Shown here: positions 1 through 9,471 of the stretch, one piece after another
Layout of the letters: every line of letters starts with the position of its first letter
Numbering within the stretch: position 1 is the first letter of the stretch
IMG/VR virus record: IMGVR_UViG_3300048058_000019
From: a virus
Lineage: Duplodnaviria > Heunggongvirae > Uroviricota > Caudoviricetes
Length of the DNA: 64,000 nucleotides
Strand: one strand, 5' to 3'
Program-made: the position numbers and the translations under genes
Notes under the pieces: model-generated
Databases searched by the model: none
The model's input: only the letters and a program-made list of their open reading frames with translations
What the model was told of the DNA's origin: nothing

Positions 1-192
1 CTGTCTCCTTACAAGTAGTACAAGGTTCCTCATTAAGCTTACCCTTACCGTTGCATGTTGCACACACAACCTTAAGGGTAACAAGAGCCTTATCTTGCTT
101 CTCCACAACGTAGAGAATAGGATCAATTTCCAGTTCACTAGTGTATACCTGGACCGTAGCCGCAGGTTCGAACTCAATCATTCCAGCCATAA
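1..192 (-). CDS. hypothetical protein, 5' part only (gene runs off window start); CxxCxGxG-type zinc finger
   Basis: Reverse-complement of 1-192 reads MAGMIEFEPAATVQVYTSELEIDPILYVVEKQDKALVTLKVVCATCNGKGKLNEEPCTTCKE without a stop; ATG at 192-190. Confidence 0.4.
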
Positions 193-346
193 TAATAAAA
201 TACGTAGAGTTATTTCTCTACAATCCCCCAATATTCAGTGTTGTATCGTTCCAACCACATCGAACTGCTTTGATGTTTCCTATTAAATAGGCAAACAGCG
301 TTCCAGTGAGGCTCCCACATTTCTTCAATAGCAACTATCTTAAAGT

Positions 347-553
347 TCACTTAATCACCTTTAAGAGCTTATGCCATTTGTAGTGGGCGAAGTGTTCTGT
401 GATCCCATCCTCCATTTTAACCTCAATAGAACCATGATCTTCTCTGGGATTCTTGGGGTTATGTTTCCAAACCTTCCGGACGACACCCCGTGTTGGATTA
501 TCCCACTTGCCCATGGGGATGGTCTCAACTTTATCTCTCACTTTGATATCCAT
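347..553 (-). CDS. hypothetical small protein (68 aa)
   Basis: Minus-strand ORF from track, tightly packed against the downstream gene (9 nt gap). Confidence 0.4.
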   Translation of the reverse strand: MDIKVRDKVETIPMGKWDNPTRGVVRKVWKHNPKNPREDHGSIEVKMEDGITEHFAHYKWHKLLKVIK

Positions 554-561
554 ACAGCTTT

Positions 562-1542
562 CTACTTACTCAAGAAGTTCTTCTCATTGGACCTATCAAC
601 GCAATTCCATTCCAACCACGCTGGCCGAGATTCCAAGTCCCCGCGCTCAACGAGCAAAACACCCGCATCAGCCATTGCTTTCCACGGATCTTCCGAATGA
701 AGAGCATATTCTGCCATCACGTTAACGAGATCGAGGCGGGTGAATGGAGTGTTCGCCTGACGTCGATACATGGACCATTTATCAGAAACTCTGAGAAGTC
801 CGTGCTTTGTGAGCAGATCATCTGGATTGAGCATTCCCTTAGCCTTGTCCTTAGTCTTGTCAAGGACCTTGAGGCATTCCTCAAGAGAAGCCGTAATCCC
901 CCGAACCGTCTTCCATCGAGAGAGGACCCACTCGGCCATAGAACCAGCGAAGTGGTTCACAGCTCCTTTGGTGGCGCGGTAGATCCAATTCAACGGTTCA
1001 GATCCTTCAGGGACTGAGGTCTTGATCGTGCTGTCTCGATCTTTGAGAACCAGTACAGTTGAGCTCAATACTCTCTGCACGGCAGTCTGTAGGAGAATAG
1101 GAGCCGTAGCAGTATGCGGAATAGTGAGCATCACACCAAGTCTGAGAATTCCACCATCACCAGAGAACGCACTGTACATCTCCGTTCCAAAGACGAGCAT
1201 ATGGGTCTCTTTGGCGGTCACTTTACAGTGGGGTACGAGCCACTTCTCACTGAGAAGTCGGTTCTTGAGGGCGAGGGAATCATTTGGCGTGAATATGGGA
1301 TCCTTTGGGTCGAAGAGGGCAAGGGCCCTATTTCCTACTGTGTAGAGAATAACGGCCCGATTGGGCTCATTGCGGAGCCGCCAGATCAGTTCTCCGAAAT
1401 CAGGGTTCTTGACATTGAAGACGCGACCAAAAGACTCGATAAGTGTTTCACTTGTGGAAAGATCCTTGTCATTAAGGCGGAGTCCGCCGTTAACAAAATT
1501 CAAATCGCACAGCTTCAAGTTGTGATATTCAGCGCCTGCCAT
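562..1542 (-). CDS. hypothetical protein (326 aa)
   Basis: Long minus-strand ORF; no motif recognised by eye. Confidence 0.55.
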   Translation of the reverse strand: MAGAEYHNLKLCDLNFVNGGLRLNDKDLSTSETLIESFGRVFNVKNPDFGELIWRLRNEPNRAVILYTVGNRALALFDPKDPIFTPNDSLALKNRLLSEKWLVPHCKVTAKETHMLVFGTEMYSAFSGDGGILRLGVMLTIPHTATAPILLQTAVQRVLSSTVLVLKDRDSTIKTSVPEGSEPLNWIYRATKGAVNHFAGSMAEWVLSRWKTVRGITASLEECLKVLDKTKDKAKGMLNPDDLLTKHGLLRVSDKWSMYRRQANTPFTRLDLVNVMAEYALHSEDPWKAMADAGVLLVERGDLESRPAWLEWNCVDRSNEKNFLSK

Positions 1543-1708
1543 ACGATGATCCTAACAGGGTGGAGAGACACTGCAAGTACTGATTAGTTTAGTGTGCGAT
1601 CAAGAACACGCTCTATAAGATGGAGCGGTCGCTTGCCGCCTAGTAGGATATTGATTACCCATATCACGCAGCCAACCATAGCGAAACGGAATTTGTTGAA
1701 ATGTAGAT

Positions 1709-2458
1709 TCACTGAGTGATGAACCTCTTATGAATAGACATCACGGTTTTCTGAGCTAGATGATAGTCTGAATTCTTAGGAAGGTCAGTTCCTTCCGCCA
1801 GCTGAAAAATCCGCTTGTCTTCATCCTCGATCCACTTGAGGAATTCATCGCGGCTGAACTTGCCGCGCTTAACGGCTTTGATCTCTTCACGAATAGCTTT
1901 GTCAGGACGAACAACTAGTTCTCCCGTAAGGAAGAGCGTTTCTGCCATCTTCAAGAGACGGTAAGCATTGGCGGCGTGTTTTGTGTTGTAGCCATATTTC
2001 GCAATCAACAGCTTACCCTTAGCACCACTCTTTGCAGTGCTGTTACCCTTGATACGCTGGATATCACCCTTAGCAAAACCGCCGAGAGTCTTCCTAAGAT
2101 GCTTACCCAGAAAGCTCTTCCGTATCGCCTTGAGCTCGTCCCAAGCCCAATGCGGGTGATCACAATCCGGCCAGCAACGGACTTCAACGTCCTCTGGATA
2201 GAAAAGCATTTCCAATTGGAGCGGAGACCCTCTAAGGCAGAGCTTTACAAAATGTCGTAGCTCGTAACATTGTAAATCAATCGGGGCCTCTTCGGTGTAG
2301 GCTTCAACGTTCTCGAGTCCGTAGATTTGGGACGGTTGAGCTAGGAACACCCCGCGATAATCAAGGTCGCTTTCGGGAGTCCGCGTGGCATATGCAGACG
2401 AACCCGCTTGAACCATGTAGATCTGTTGGGAATTCCAGGGACCGTCATTCTTGAACAT
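1709..2458 (-). CDS. Pol-beta-superfamily nucleotidyltransferase (predicted)
   Basis: GSSAYATRTPESDLDYRGVF matches the GS-x(9-13)-D-x-D minimal NTase motif. Start trimmed to ATG 2458 (MFKNDGPW), which has a GAAGGAAAC RBS; the track start at 2494 would overlap the upstream gene by 50 nt. Confidence 0.5.
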   Translation of the reverse strand: MFKNDGPWNSQQIYMVQAGSSAYATRTPESDLDYRGVFLAQPSQIYGLENVEAYTEEAPIDLQCYELRHFVKLCLRGSPLQLEMLFYPEDVEVRCWPDCDHPHWAWDELKAIRKSFLGKHLRKTLGGFAKGDIQRIKGNSTAKSGAKGKLLIAKYGYNTKHAANAYRLLKMAETLFLTGELVVRPDKAIREEIKAVKRGKFSRDEFLKWIEDEDKRIFQLAEGTDLPKNSDYHLAQKTVMSIHKRFITQ

Positions 2459-3539
2459 TCGTTGTTTCCTTCGGAGTTTCCTTCGGAATTTCAATCACCG
2501 TTTCTACAAAAGGCTGTTGTAGAAGCGCAATTACCTCATCGATCCTTTTTACATACAGGTCGTTCTTTTTGAAGATTTGAGCATGCTTAGCATCATATTC
2601 TTCGTTTGCTTCCTTAGCCTTTTTGCGCCAATAATAAGATTTATATTTCTTACCAGGAAGTCTAATCGGCTTATCGGTCTCCTCATGGTTTTCGAGGCGG
2701 TAATTGCGGTCAATAGTATAGGACGATTTCTTAGAGCGAAGAGAGGCTATCAACTGCTTTTTAACTCTCTTAACCATCTCGTCGTGGTTGACGATGGGGA
2801 CTTCATACTCCCGAGAGTTCCTGGTCGTCCCCATAACCTTATGGGTCAGAGCCCTGATCTCATCACTGTTGGGTTGAAAAACGGGAGTAACATGGACTCT
2901 CATCTTATTTGAAGAGTATTGTTCCGTCTCATCATCGATGACAGGACCTTTTATTGTGAAACAGAGCTTAATCTTGTCGGTTTCACTTACTCCTCTCTCT
3001 TCGCTTTTATTACGCACGATGGTGAGATTTACGTCTTCCCAGAATTTCTTAGAATACTCTGCTAAGATCTTGACAGTTGATCCTTCATTTTTCTTCCTAG
3101 CAGCGTGGGTAGGACAAAAATGCCTCCGACCAATCTTCTCGAGACAGAGTTTATGTGTTGAAACGATGCACTCATCGTAATCGCAAGATGCTACAGGATT
3201 GGACAACTTCTGGCCGCAGGCTCCACAGTCGGGAGCGTGATTAGGGCAATATGAATTATACCAACCCTGATCATCATACATCTCAATGACACAGTCGGTA
3301 TGTTGAGCGGTAGTATTAGGACAGTTTTCGCACTCACCCTCATCGTCTTCAGATACGGGTTTGTTGCAAACAGTGCACTTGAATTTTTGTGGAATGTGTG
3401 TGTTACAATACGTCCCATCCCTCGTCTCAGTAATACAAATTTTGTGTTGACGATTCTTCTGCGGACACTTCTGACACTCATCGTCAGATGAATCTCGAGA
3501 CTTAATGGGTTCTGCACAGACGAAACAGATGCTGTTCAT
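2445..3539 (-). CDS. modular Cys-rich zinc-finger protein, family member A (three tandem CxxC..CxxCP..H..C..YC..H modules plus a conserved C-terminal domain)
   Basis: 364-aa ORF. Three repeats of the module C-x2-C-x(8-12)-C-x-x-CP-x(4-6)-H-x2-C-x(~10)-YC-x2-H, then ILAEYSKKFWEDVNLT..., which is shared with 3913-4524, 4524-5153 and 27691-28239. Confidence 0.6.
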   Translation of the reverse strand: MNSICFVCAEPIKSRDSSDDECQKCPQKNRQHKICITETRDGTYCNTHIPQKFKCTVCNKPVSEDDEGECENCPNTTAQHTDCVIEMYDDQGWYNSYCPNHAPDCGACGQKLSNPVASCDYDECIVSTHKLCLEKIGRRHFCPTHAARKKNEGSTVKILAEYSKKFWEDVNLTIVRNKSEERGVSETDKIKLCFTIKGPVIDDETEQYSSNKMRVHVTPVFQPNSDEIRALTHKVMGTTRNSREYEVPIVNHDEMVKRVKKQLIASLRSKKSSYTIDRNYRLENHEETDKPIRLPGKKYKSYYWRKKAKEANEEYDAKHAQIFKKNDLYVKRIDEVIALLQQPFVETVIEIPKETPKETTNVQE

Positions 3540-3542
3540 TAT

Positions 3543-3935
3543 TCACCTACAAAAACGATCAAGTGCCTTCTTCAAAAAGGGTTTGAGATCCTTCTGGCAC
3601 TTTTCACAGAGTTCAATACCCCATGTAGCAACGGCCACTACTTCAACTTCCTTAGAACCGCACCTTTCACAGGGCTTATGCCAGCCCTTCTCAATAGCGG
3701 AACGCATATCTATGTCAGCTCCACCATCGTCAGCTGGGAAATCAACACTTGAAGAGTAGCGCCAATCATGGATGTTGGCTTTGCGAAGCGCAGCTCCGAG
3801 AGCTGTAGACCCTCTTGTATCGGCTTTGAAGCTGAGCTTCTTACCATCTGCGAGGTCGCAGCCTACTTTTCCTCTAGTAACGCTGATGAAGGGGCCGATT
3901 GCTGCTATGGTTTCATTTTTCTTCTGCCGGGTCAT
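3543..3935 (-). CDS. hypothetical protein with C-terminal zinc ribbon (130 aa)
   Basis: ORF ending in CERCGSKEVEVVAVATWGIELCEKC. Confidence 0.5.
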   Translation of the reverse strand: MTRQKKNETIAAIGPFISVTRGKVGCDLADGKKLSFKADTRGSTALGAALRKANIHDWRYSSSVDFPADDGGADIDMRSAIEKGWHKPCERCGSKEVEVVAVATWGIELCEKCQKDLKPFLKKALDRFCR

Positions 3936-4524
3936 TCCCGAGTTCCTTCAATTTAGTTGTAACTGCATCCATCTTAGCCATATTAATTTGATGATGTTCG
4001 ATCTTGTCCTCGATCTCTTTCTTGTAGCGGTTAACTGCAGCAGTAAATGCGGCCTTCTTCGCTGCTAGCGAAGGTAGCAATTCTTTTCGTATTGCTCTAA
4101 GCGCTGATTTATGGTCGAAGACGGATGCTTCAAAAACCCGAGTCTTCTTTTTCGAGAGACCTTCAACCCTGTGTCTGATAGCAATAAGCTCTTTCTTATC
4201 ACCTTCCGACTTAATGGGTTCGACAGTAACGTTCAATTGTTGATCGAATACGTTGACTGAGATTGAGTTGCCACTCATCGTTGCTTCGAGTCCAACGTCT
4301 TTCCAGAACTTAAGTGCATAGCCTTCTATGATGGCTGCAAGTTCCTTTGCTTCTTTGCGAGCTGCAAAGTGCTCGGGGCAGTAACGTTCTTCGTAGTAAC
4401 CACTTCTTCCAGATCTTTTGGAACATTTTCTATGTAAGTCACGCTCACAATAACGGTGATTGCACGAAGTCTCTTCTCCCTTAGGGATAACAAGCTTACA
4501 ATAGTCGCACGTGACAGTCTTCAT
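3913..4524 (-). CDS. modular Cys-rich zinc-finger protein, family member B
   Basis: N-terminus CDYCK..CNHRYC..CPEH, then IEGYALKFWKDVGLEATMSGNSISVNVFDQQLNVTVEPI, homologous to ADYAKKMWDDVGFTGAVNDEGYVSAKVGPLDINIKPEY of the next gene. Confidence 0.6.
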   Translation of the reverse strand: MKTVTCDYCKLVIPKGEETSCNHRYCERDLHRKCSKRSGRSGYYEERYCPEHFAARKEAKELAAIIEGYALKFWKDVGLEATMSGNSISVNVFDQQLNVTVEPIKSEGDKKELIAIRHRVEGLSKKKTRVFEASVFDHKSALRAIRKELLPSLAAKKAAFTAAVNRYKKEIEDKIEHHQINMAKMDAVTTKLKELGNDPAEEK

Positions 4525-5153
4525 TATTCCGTCTCCTCATGCTTTTCCTTCTTCTTCGTGGAGCGATAGTCATCGTCCAAAGGAGGAAGGGTACCACCCA
4601 AATTAGCCATTACCTGCTCAATGATGACATCCAGATCCGCAACCTTTTCATCCATCTTCTTCTTCTGGATGGTGATCGAGGATTTGGTCGAACGAAGTGA
4701 CCTGACAATGGCCCCTTGAAGCTGCTTTACCACATCATCATGTGAATGAATGTTAGCAGCGAATTTTCGTTCTTTCTCGGCCAGACCTTCAACCACTAGA
4801 GTGAGCTTCGTTAGATTCTCCTCGTTCTTATCATATTCAGGCTTAATATTAATGTCAAGCGGGCCTACCTTAGCCGAGACGTAGCCTTCATCGTTGACTG
4901 CCCCTGTGAAGCCCACGTCATCCCACATCTTTTTGGCATAATCAGCGATAATTTGACCGTTCCTACCTCGGATAGCGTGATTGCTACAATACTTCCTTTT
5001 GAAGATGGTCTCAAGACATTCTTTGTGGAAATTTTGGCCTCGTGGGCACTCGCAACAGTTGAGTTCGGTTCCACCATAACCGTAGTAAGATCCGTTCTCG
5101 ATGTCAGCGCCGATTTGCTTCTGGCAAGTATCGCAAAAGAGTCGTAAAGGCAT
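4524..5153 (-). CDS. modular Cys-rich zinc-finger protein, family member C
   Basis: CDTC..CCECP..H..C..YC..H module plus the conserved ADYAKKMWDDVGF domain. ATGA-type junction with the previous gene at 4524. Confidence 0.6.
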   Translation of the reverse strand: MPLRLFCDTCQKQIGADIENGSYYGYGGTELNCCECPRGQNFHKECLETIFKRKYCSNHAIRGRNGQIIADYAKKMWDDVGFTGAVNDEGYVSAKVGPLDINIKPEYDKNEENLTKLTLVVEGLAEKERKFAANIHSHDDVVKQLQGAIVRSLRSTKSSITIQKKKMDEKVADLDVIIEQVMANLGGTLPPLDDDYRSTKKKEKHEETE

Positions 5154-5199
5154 GACAGTACCGTATCCTTCTAAGGAGAGTTGGCTAGTATTGGCAGTC

Positions 5200-5796
5200 T
5201 TACTGCATGAGGGTCCGCTCGTTCTCCTCGATGGTACGAAGAGCGCCCTTTAACTCATCTAATTTTCTGATCATAGGAACGTACTTGGACTTGTCCTTCT
5301 TGATCTGCTCGATGCGCTCTTCCAACTCAGTCTGCTCCTGATCGAGCTTGTCATATTCCGCACGAATACGACTAGCCTTATTCAAGAGGCCGTTGTCGAA
5401 CGTTGGAAGAGGCGAAGCCGTATCCTTGGGTTTGGGTCCGAAGCCGAGTCTAACTCGCGCTGCCCTTACGAGAGGGCCACGCAGAGAGACGTCAGGGAAT
5501 CTGGAATAGAACCGGTGCCTCACATCCTCGGTGAGCTCACCTTCAGACTGGCGGAAGAGTGGTAGGAGAAAAGCGAGTTCGTGAGCTCGCCTTCCGAAGC
5601 GCTCGACCTTAGAACCAAGGTGTTCGCCAATCTGGGTGTAGATCTTCCCGAGTGCAGTGGAATCGACTTCGAACTTGTTAATCATCTCCCGCGAGTCGGG
5701 ATCGTGGAACCATGCGATACCACATTCATCCTTACGCTGTTTGATAATGGGCAGGAAATGGTCCACGGCGGATTGTAACTTTTCGCTCAAATTCAT
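5200..5796 (-). CDS. hypothetical protein (198 aa)
   Basis: Minus-strand ORF; 4-nt overlap with the next gene. Confidence 0.5.
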   Translation of the reverse strand: MNLSEKLQSAVDHFLPIIKQRKDECGIAWFHDPDSREMINKFEVDSTALGKIYTQIGEHLGSKVERFGRRAHELAFLLPLFRQSEGELTEDVRHRFYSRFPDVSLRGPLVRAARVRLGFGPKPKDTASPLPTFDNGLLNKASRIRAEYDKLDQEQTELEERIEQIKKDKSKYVPMIRKLDELKGALRTIEENERTLMQ

Positions 5797-6188
5797 CGTT
5801 CTTCTCTCCGTACGCTAATCATAACCATAAAACTCAAATACTCTATTCCTCTCCAGGAGTATTCGATATCCCAATCAGCACCTTTGATATTAATGATACC
5901 AGTGCTCTCATGTGGCGAGGACATGGCAGCACCAGGATTGAGTCGGAAATCTCTCAGAACGGCGATGTTCTTCTCATCAGGAGAAGAGAGGTTAGTATCA
6001 ATCCTGACCTCAAAAAGAGAATGTCGAGGTAACCCTCCGCCTCCTCCATGATATTTCCGAAAGTCGGACCAGCGGAAAAAAGCGAGTTTCCCCGACACAA
6101 GTCCTTGCGAAGTTGGGAGGGCTCCCGCCAGCGCTTTCCAATTACGCTCACCACATTGATATTCAATAATTGGGTTGTGTTCAAGCAT
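5793..6188 (-). CDS. hypothetical protein (131 aa)
   Basis: Minus-strand ORF that tiles with its neighbours. Confidence 0.45.
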   Translation of the reverse strand: MLEHNPIIEYQCGERNWKALAGALPTSQGLVSGKLAFFRWSDFRKYHGGGGGLPRHSLFEVRIDTNLSSPDEKNIAVLRDFRLNPGAAMSSPHESTGIINIKGADWDIEYSWRGIEYLSFMVMISVRREER

Positions 6189-6804
6189 TGGGATATTTCT
6201 CGCGGAGCTTCTTCAATTCCCGAATTTCATTCTCTTTAAGCTTTTTAGCTGCGAGTTCATTGTCTGCAGCTTCTACGGCTGCTTTCTCACGCTCGAGTTG
6301 CTTCCCACTCTCAACCCGGGACGTATGAAGTGCAACTAACTCATCTTCAGAATAGAGTTCCTCCTCATGAACGTTCGATAGATCAATCTCCTGTCCACCA
6401 TAGAGACGTCCTTCGAAGCGAGGCGGATCTGACTGTCCTTCTAATTCGAAGGAGAAATCTCCAATTTCTTCAAGGAACCTGCGAATAAGGGTCTCACTAT
6501 AGACGTTGGACATGTTCCCAAGATATCCCATTATCTTGTGTTCTGGGTCTTTTGCGAAGACTTTCAAACTTGTCATCACCTCATCTCTTGTCATGGGAGT
6601 GAGGGCGATGTAACATTTCACATCTTCAGCAGACCAACATCCGCCGCAGTGGCTGCGATCGTATCCGAAATAAACTACGTTTAATCCTTGTGGATCTTTA
6701 GGAGATTCTCCAGGAACTGACATACCGAAAGTATCTCGATAACACGTAGGACAGCGCCCGCTCCACAGGAGTGAGCTAGTACCGCAGTTCAGACAACGAT
6801 CCAT
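6181..6804 (-). CDS. hypothetical protein with N-terminal zinc ribbon (207 aa)
   Basis: CLNCG..CPTCY at the N-terminus; charged coiled-coil tail. Confidence 0.5.
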   Translation of the reverse strand: MDRCLNCGTSSLLWSGRCPTCYRDTFGMSVPGESPKDPQGLNVVYFGYDRSHCGGCWSAEDVKCYIALTPMTRDEVMTSLKVFAKDPEHKIMGYLGNMSNVYSETLIRRFLEEIGDFSFELEGQSDPPRFEGRLYGGQEIDLSNVHEEELYSEDELVALHTSRVESGKQLEREKAAVEAADNELAAKKLKENEIRELKKLREKYPNA

Positions 6805-7142
6805 TATTCCTCAGCCTTAAGAGCAGATTTAAAATCTTTCAAGACTTCCTGGAGGTTCTCCGTGACTTTAAGTTCACATGCATCACAACCATATTCCACG
6901 AGGTATCCTTCCATGGCGCATGCATGTGCAGTATCGAGCTCAGCTTGGGCCGCTACACTCAATTTCTTGAGAAGATGCTCAAGTTTCTGATTCTTGATTA
7001 GAAGGGATGCCTCTTTCTTTTGGAGGGAGTCGATGCGGAGATCTCTATCCCTAATAATGCGCTGCTTACACTCGTGATCGGAATGATACTTGGCCCCAGG
7101 AGCTTCGCAATATACACAGTCTGCCATATTACATAATGACAA
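6804..7142 (-). CDS. hypothetical Cys-containing coiled-coil protein (112 aa)
   Basis: Minus-strand ORF sharing a junction with 6181-6804. Confidence 0.45.
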   Translation of the reverse strand: MSLCNMADCVYCEAPGAKYHSDHECKQRIIRDRDLRIDSLQKKEASLLIKNQKLEHLLKKLSVAAQAELDTAHACAMEGYLVEYGCDACELKVTENLQEVLKDFKSALKAEE

Positions 7143-7353
7143 AACGGCCCTGCCCCAGAGCCTTAATCACTCCATCGACACGGAGGAACACCTTAGGATT
7201 GTGAGGTAGCTCAGGTTTGAATTCCGTGCGACACGTCTTGCGAACCTCGACTTCCTTAGCTCGGATACAGCCCTTGGAAGTATGAAGGGTCCACGGATAC
7301 CCCTTTTTCCCCTTCTTGATCTCGAACTTGTTAACGTGTAGTCTAATAAGCAT
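7129..7353 (-). CDS. hypothetical small basic protein (74 aa)
   Basis: Minus-strand ORF in the tiling path. Confidence 0.35.
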   Translation of the reverse strand: MLIRLHVNKFEIKKGKKGYPWTLHTSKGCIRAKEVEVRKTCRTEFKPELPHNPKVFLRVDGVIKALGQGRFVIM

Positions 7354-7358
7354 ACAGA

Positions 7359-7586
7359 TTAAATACGATCCTCATTGTTCATATCGCGGCGTTCGAAAAT
7401 CATATCTAGTACGTAGGCTAGCATCTCACCAAGATCGCCGTCGCCACCCGTTCGGAAATCAAGAGAAAGATTGCAATACTCCATATCAATCTCCATGACT
7501 TCTTTCAGAAGTTTCACACTTTCAAGGTGATGAGGAATTCCCTGTTCCCAGCGTTTACCGGGATCGAGATTCCAATTATGACTCAT
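7359..7586 (-). CDS. hypothetical small acidic protein (75 aa)
   Basis: Minus-strand ORF in the tiling path. Confidence 0.35.
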   Translation of the reverse strand: MSHNWNLDPGKRWEQGIPHHLESVKLLKEVMEIDMEYCNLSLDFRTGGDGDLGEMLAYVLDMIFERRDMNNEDRI

Positions 7587-8874
7587 TTAATGCTCCTCCA
7601 GTTTTATCAGACACAATGAAATGATCGTTAATGAACTTAACGACCTTATCGGAATCTACGTCCTTATGGAACGCGATGTTAGGACCATGTCCCTCCAAGT
7701 ATGAGCAAAAGATCCCTGGTTGGATTTCCTTCATACTCGAGGCGGTGTTATTGCCGCACTCTACTGAGCCGCATTCGAAATGTTTTTGTGGAGCGGAAGG
7801 GAGCACATTGCTCACCCTTAAAGGTGAGTGAAAATGAACGATGGAGTGTACTTTATCACCCAGGGTTTTATAAATCGCTTGTTGGGTGTGTTCTCCAACC
7901 GAGGGACGACCTCCCATCGCAGTGATATATTTATCAGTCACATCCAGGATCTTGGCCATTCCAACTCTGAGAACCTGATTGTGGTCTTCTTTACGGCAAG
8001 AGGTGATAGTCTTGAATTCCTTACCCCAAACCTTACAACCAAAATGACCAGACGTCTTACCAAGGAAGGGTTTATAGGCTCTTGCGGCAATCAGGTGGCG
8101 CAATACTGGAAGGAAATTGCTAGGGATCGCGTTCTCGTTAGCCAAAAATTGAGGATCAATCCGTAATCCATCAACGACCTTAGTTCGTACGAAGTGGAGT
8201 TTCGTACGAGCAGCGATCATTTCAGAGAATGTCTTGACCGCTTCCTCTCTTGAGGAGGCGTGGTAGGGAAACTCTTCCGGAGTGATTACAACATTGTGGT
8301 GACTACGAATGTCGTTAGCAAAGACGAGATTCGCACTGCTTCTCTTGAGGAGTTTTAACCCATGTTCATAAGTTTCTTCAGGAGTGAGACCCGCAGTGGT
8401 CTTAAAGGCCGCGAGGAAGATATCCTTGCGGATCATCCGGATCATGGAGAGAATCTTCTCTGCTGGTCGGAGCATGAGCGTATACTTCTCCTTCGAGGAG
8501 AGTCTGGGACTGTCTTTACCGAAGAAGGTATCCCGCTTTCCAGAGAGAGCTTCCGGCTCAAAATCACAAACCGCCGCAGCCATTACGATACATCTGGTGT
8601 CTTTCTGAGACACAAGGTATCGTATGACTTTAGTAAGATCTTCGTTAGTCTCGAGACGGTCGACCCCAGCCTTAGATAGAACTTCCCTCGCCGGAGAAAG
8701 AAGATTCTGATCTGCCATTGTGGTAAAGAGCCGAATCACCTGAGTATCAGGCCCAGGATCGACACCAGCAAGAATCTGCTTACCAATAGTTCCATAAGCA
8801 GGAGCGCAGAGTGAGAAATGTGGTGCAATGTGCACCATTGTCCCACCTGCGATGATGTAGAATTTCTTTACCAC
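7576..8874 (-). CDS. PPCS (CoaB/DFP)-like N-terminal domain fused to a class II aldolase/adducin-like C-terminal domain
   Basis: N-terminus IIAGGTMVHIAPHFSLCAPAYGTIG and MAAAVCDF resemble the CoaB motifs [24 protein letters not shown] and AAAVADY. C-terminus RPSVGEHTQQAIYKTLGDKVHSIVHFHSP resembles the FucA-type PSSEWRFHMAAY..DANAVVHNH metal-site motif. Confidence 0.5.
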   Translation of the reverse strand: MVKKFYIIAGGTMVHIAPHFSLCAPAYGTIGKQILAGVDPGPDTQVIRLFTTMADQNLLSPAREVLSKAGVDRLETNEDLTKVIRYLVSQKDTRCIVMAAAVCDFEPEALSGKRDTFFGKDSPRLSSKEKYTLMLRPAEKILSMIRMIRKDIFLAAFKTTAGLTPEETYEHGLKLLKRSSANLVFANDIRSHHNVVITPEEFPYHASSREEAVKTFSEMIAARTKLHFVRTKVVDGLRIDPQFLANENAIPSNFLPVLRHLIAARAYKPFLGKTSGHFGCKVWGKEFKTITSCRKEDHNQVLRVGMAKILDVTDKYITAMGGRPSVGEHTQQAIYKTLGDKVHSIVHFHSPLRVSNVLPSAPQKHFECGSVECGNNTASSMKEIQPGIFCSYLEGHGPNIAFHKDVDSDKVVKFINDHFIVSDKTGGALNES

Positions 8875-9212
8875 CAGAACCTCGTCTTAATCTTGCGGCC
8901 TTTATAAAGCCTATTCATATAGGCTACACCTTCTCGTAGTTGTTCAAAGCTATCCGGTTCAGCCATATTGATCGTGAAATCCGGATCAGGGGGATTGTTT
9001 GCGATTTTCATTATCGATGGAGGTTGCACTCGCAGCTTCGGCCACATGTTGCGGATCACAGCCAACGAAATGTCGTATTTTTTGTGTACGACCAAGAAAT
9101 CGTCGTCGGATGGAGATCTACGGACTTTGATGGGAAACTCAAGTGGTTTAAGGGCGTTCTTGATGACTCTCGCTATTTCATGCCCTTCAGATCCTTCCAG
9201 CGGAACGGACAT
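8868..9212 (-). CDS. hypothetical protein, DPxFF-motif family member (114 aa)
   Basis: C-terminus INMAEPDSFEQLREGVAYM fits the recurrent (A/S)DPxFFxK motif found in at least 12 small ORFs in this window. Confidence 0.45.
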   Translation of the reverse strand: MSVPLEGSEGHEIARVIKNALKPLEFPIKVRRSPSDDDFLVVHKKYDISLAVIRNMWPKLRVQPPSIMKIANNPPDPDFTINMAEPDSFEQLREGVAYMNRLYKGRKIKTRFWW

Positions 9213-9471
9213 TTTGATCTCGCTTAATGCAATTGCGGATTCTGGATCTCGTCCACATATCCTTATTAGGGACTAAGTGAACCTCATCTTCTACCCATAC
9301 TCCTTGGCATGGGAGCTTGCATTCCGCGAGTGTGGTACGGATGAATTTCTCGATTTCTTTGTCGTTTGCGGCAACCGAGAAATCAAACCCTAAGGTTCGA
9401 GGACCTCCGCACCGTATGTCCACAGGATCGTTAGGACAACAATCTACTTCGACCTTTCGTACTTTCTTCAC
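9187..9471 (-). CDS. hypothetical protein (94 aa)
   Basis: Minus-strand ORF in the tiling path. Confidence 0.35.
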   Translation of the reverse strand: MKKVRKVEVDCCPNDPVDIRCGGPRTLGFDFSVAANDKEIEKFIRTTLAECKLPCQGVWVEDEVHLVPNKDMWTRSRIRNCIKRDQNVRSAGRI

